From positions 372,001 through 436,000 of the forward strand of contig OZ025716.1 of the NCBI GenBank assembly GCA_964019335.1: a stretch of 64,000 nt of DNA, written 5' to 3'. Shown in pieces: positions 63,071 through 64,000 of this stretch. The notes beneath the pieces were generated by a model. The model ran no database searches and had not been told where the DNA came from. It saw nothing but the letters and a program-made list of their open reading frames with translations. The first letter of the stretch is position 1. Every line of letters begins with the position of its first letter. Source of the stretch: Diplonema japonicum (Eukaryota; Protista; Euglenozoa: Diplonemea). The position numbers and the translations under genes were made by a program.

Positions 63071-64000
63071 ATGAGGGAGATTGTCACGATTCAGATCGGT
63101 GGATGCGGTGTAAGGATGGGGTCGAGGTTCTGGGGGGAGGTCATAGAGGAGCGGGGCATCACGCGGGATGGAGAGGGCTTGACCAGCATGGAGAACGGGA
63201 GGCTGTTTGAGGAAGGAAAGAACGGGCGGTTGGTACCGAGGAGCATCATGCTGGACACAGACCCCGCCACCATCGACATCCTGGAAGGGTGTTCGCTGGG
63301 TTCCCTGTTCAGGCCTGACTACAACATTCGGGGCAGTGGCGGGACGGGGAATTTGTATGCTGTGGGACGGTATGAGTGCTCGGATGTGAGGGATCAGGCA
63401 CTGGATGTTCTTCGGAGGCAGGTTGAGACTTGTGATCGGTTGGAAGGCTTCCAGCTGTGCCACTCGCTGTGTGGTGGAACAGGGTCTGGAGTGACGCATG
63501 CGTTGCTCGAGGACCTGAGGCAGTGCTACAGTGACAAGGTGGTGACGACGTACACACACACCGACGCAACCCCGAGGGAAGGGTGGAGCACTGTGCAGAC
63601 CTACAACATGGTGCTTGGGACAAATCCGCTGGTGGAATATGCAGACATGACAGTGTACCTGGATGGTGTGTTGATGAGGAACCAGGCGGTGCAGCAAGGG
63701 ACGAAGTGCTTCGCCCCAGCAGGCAAGCTCATCAACACGGTCTGCTCAGCCGACACCAACATGAGGAAGATCGCAACGAATTTGATCCCCTTTCCGAGAA
63801 TACACTTCTTGACCCCCAGCTACTCCACACCCGCACCTCACGATGACAGCTCTTGTGACACCCTCATGCACAGGGTGGCTGCGAGGCAGAGTTTCCTATT
63901 CCCCGGGGCCGATAACTGTGCCACCACAGCGGCTGTGTTCTTGAGGGGCCCTGACGTAACCGCCCACGATCTGGCTTGCGCCAGCAGGTATACGAGATCA
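63071..64000 (+). CDS. Highly divergent beta-like tubulin (partial; runs off window, absent from ORF track)
   Basis: My translation is open to the window end: MREIVTIQIGGCG...VPRSIMLD...LFRPD...CDRLEGFQLCHSLCGGTGSG...MRKIATNLIPFPRIHFL. Confidence 0.88.
   Translation, partial: MREIVTIQIGGCGVRMGSRFWGEVIEERGITRDGEGLTSMENGRLFEEGKNGRLVPRSIMLDTDPATIDILEGCSLGSLFRPDYNIRGSGGTGNLYAVGRYECSDVRDQALDVLRRQVETCDRLEGFQLCHSLCGGTGSGVTHALLEDLRQCYSDKVVTTYTHTDATPREGWSTVQTYNMVLGTNPLVEYADMTVYLDGVLMRNQAVQQGTKCFAPAGKLINTVCSADTNMRKIATNLIPFPRIHFLTPSYSTPAPHDDSSCDTLMHRVAARQSFLFPGADNCATTAAVFLRGPDVTAHDLACASRYTRS

Overview
Eukaryotic DNA, most likely a euglenozoan and probably a diplonemid (inferred, not proven). All intact genes are on the + strand and mostly intronless. 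Many are preceded by a pyrimidine-rich tract and YAG|G, which resembles spliced-leader trans-splice acceptors. The few introns are 41-56 nt GT-AG, and intergenic DNA is homopolymer-rich. Positions 4-34 kb hold a tandem array of seven intact Patched/NPC1-like (RND, sterol-sensing domain) 12-TM genes showing patchwork homogenisation. A probable eighth copy at ~37.1 kb has been collapsed by microhomology-flanked deletions. The array is interspersed with a defective piggyBac (14-bp TIRs, TTAT duplication) and non-LTR retrotransposon fragments. Downstream lie a RET1/RET2-like terminal uridylyltransferase with a C2H2 finger and a KH-like domain inserted inside the catalytic fold, a disrupted membrane-protein gene, a secreted type-B carboxylesterase, two large Cys-rich type I surface proteins sharing near-identical modules, a spliced mL54-like mitoribosomal gene, an Asterix/PAT10 homologue, a secreted bacterial-type DUF6067/GH123-like glycoside hydrolase, and the start of a very divergent beta-like tubulin lacking the T7 loop. 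All family calls come from motif recognition by eye; no searches were run.
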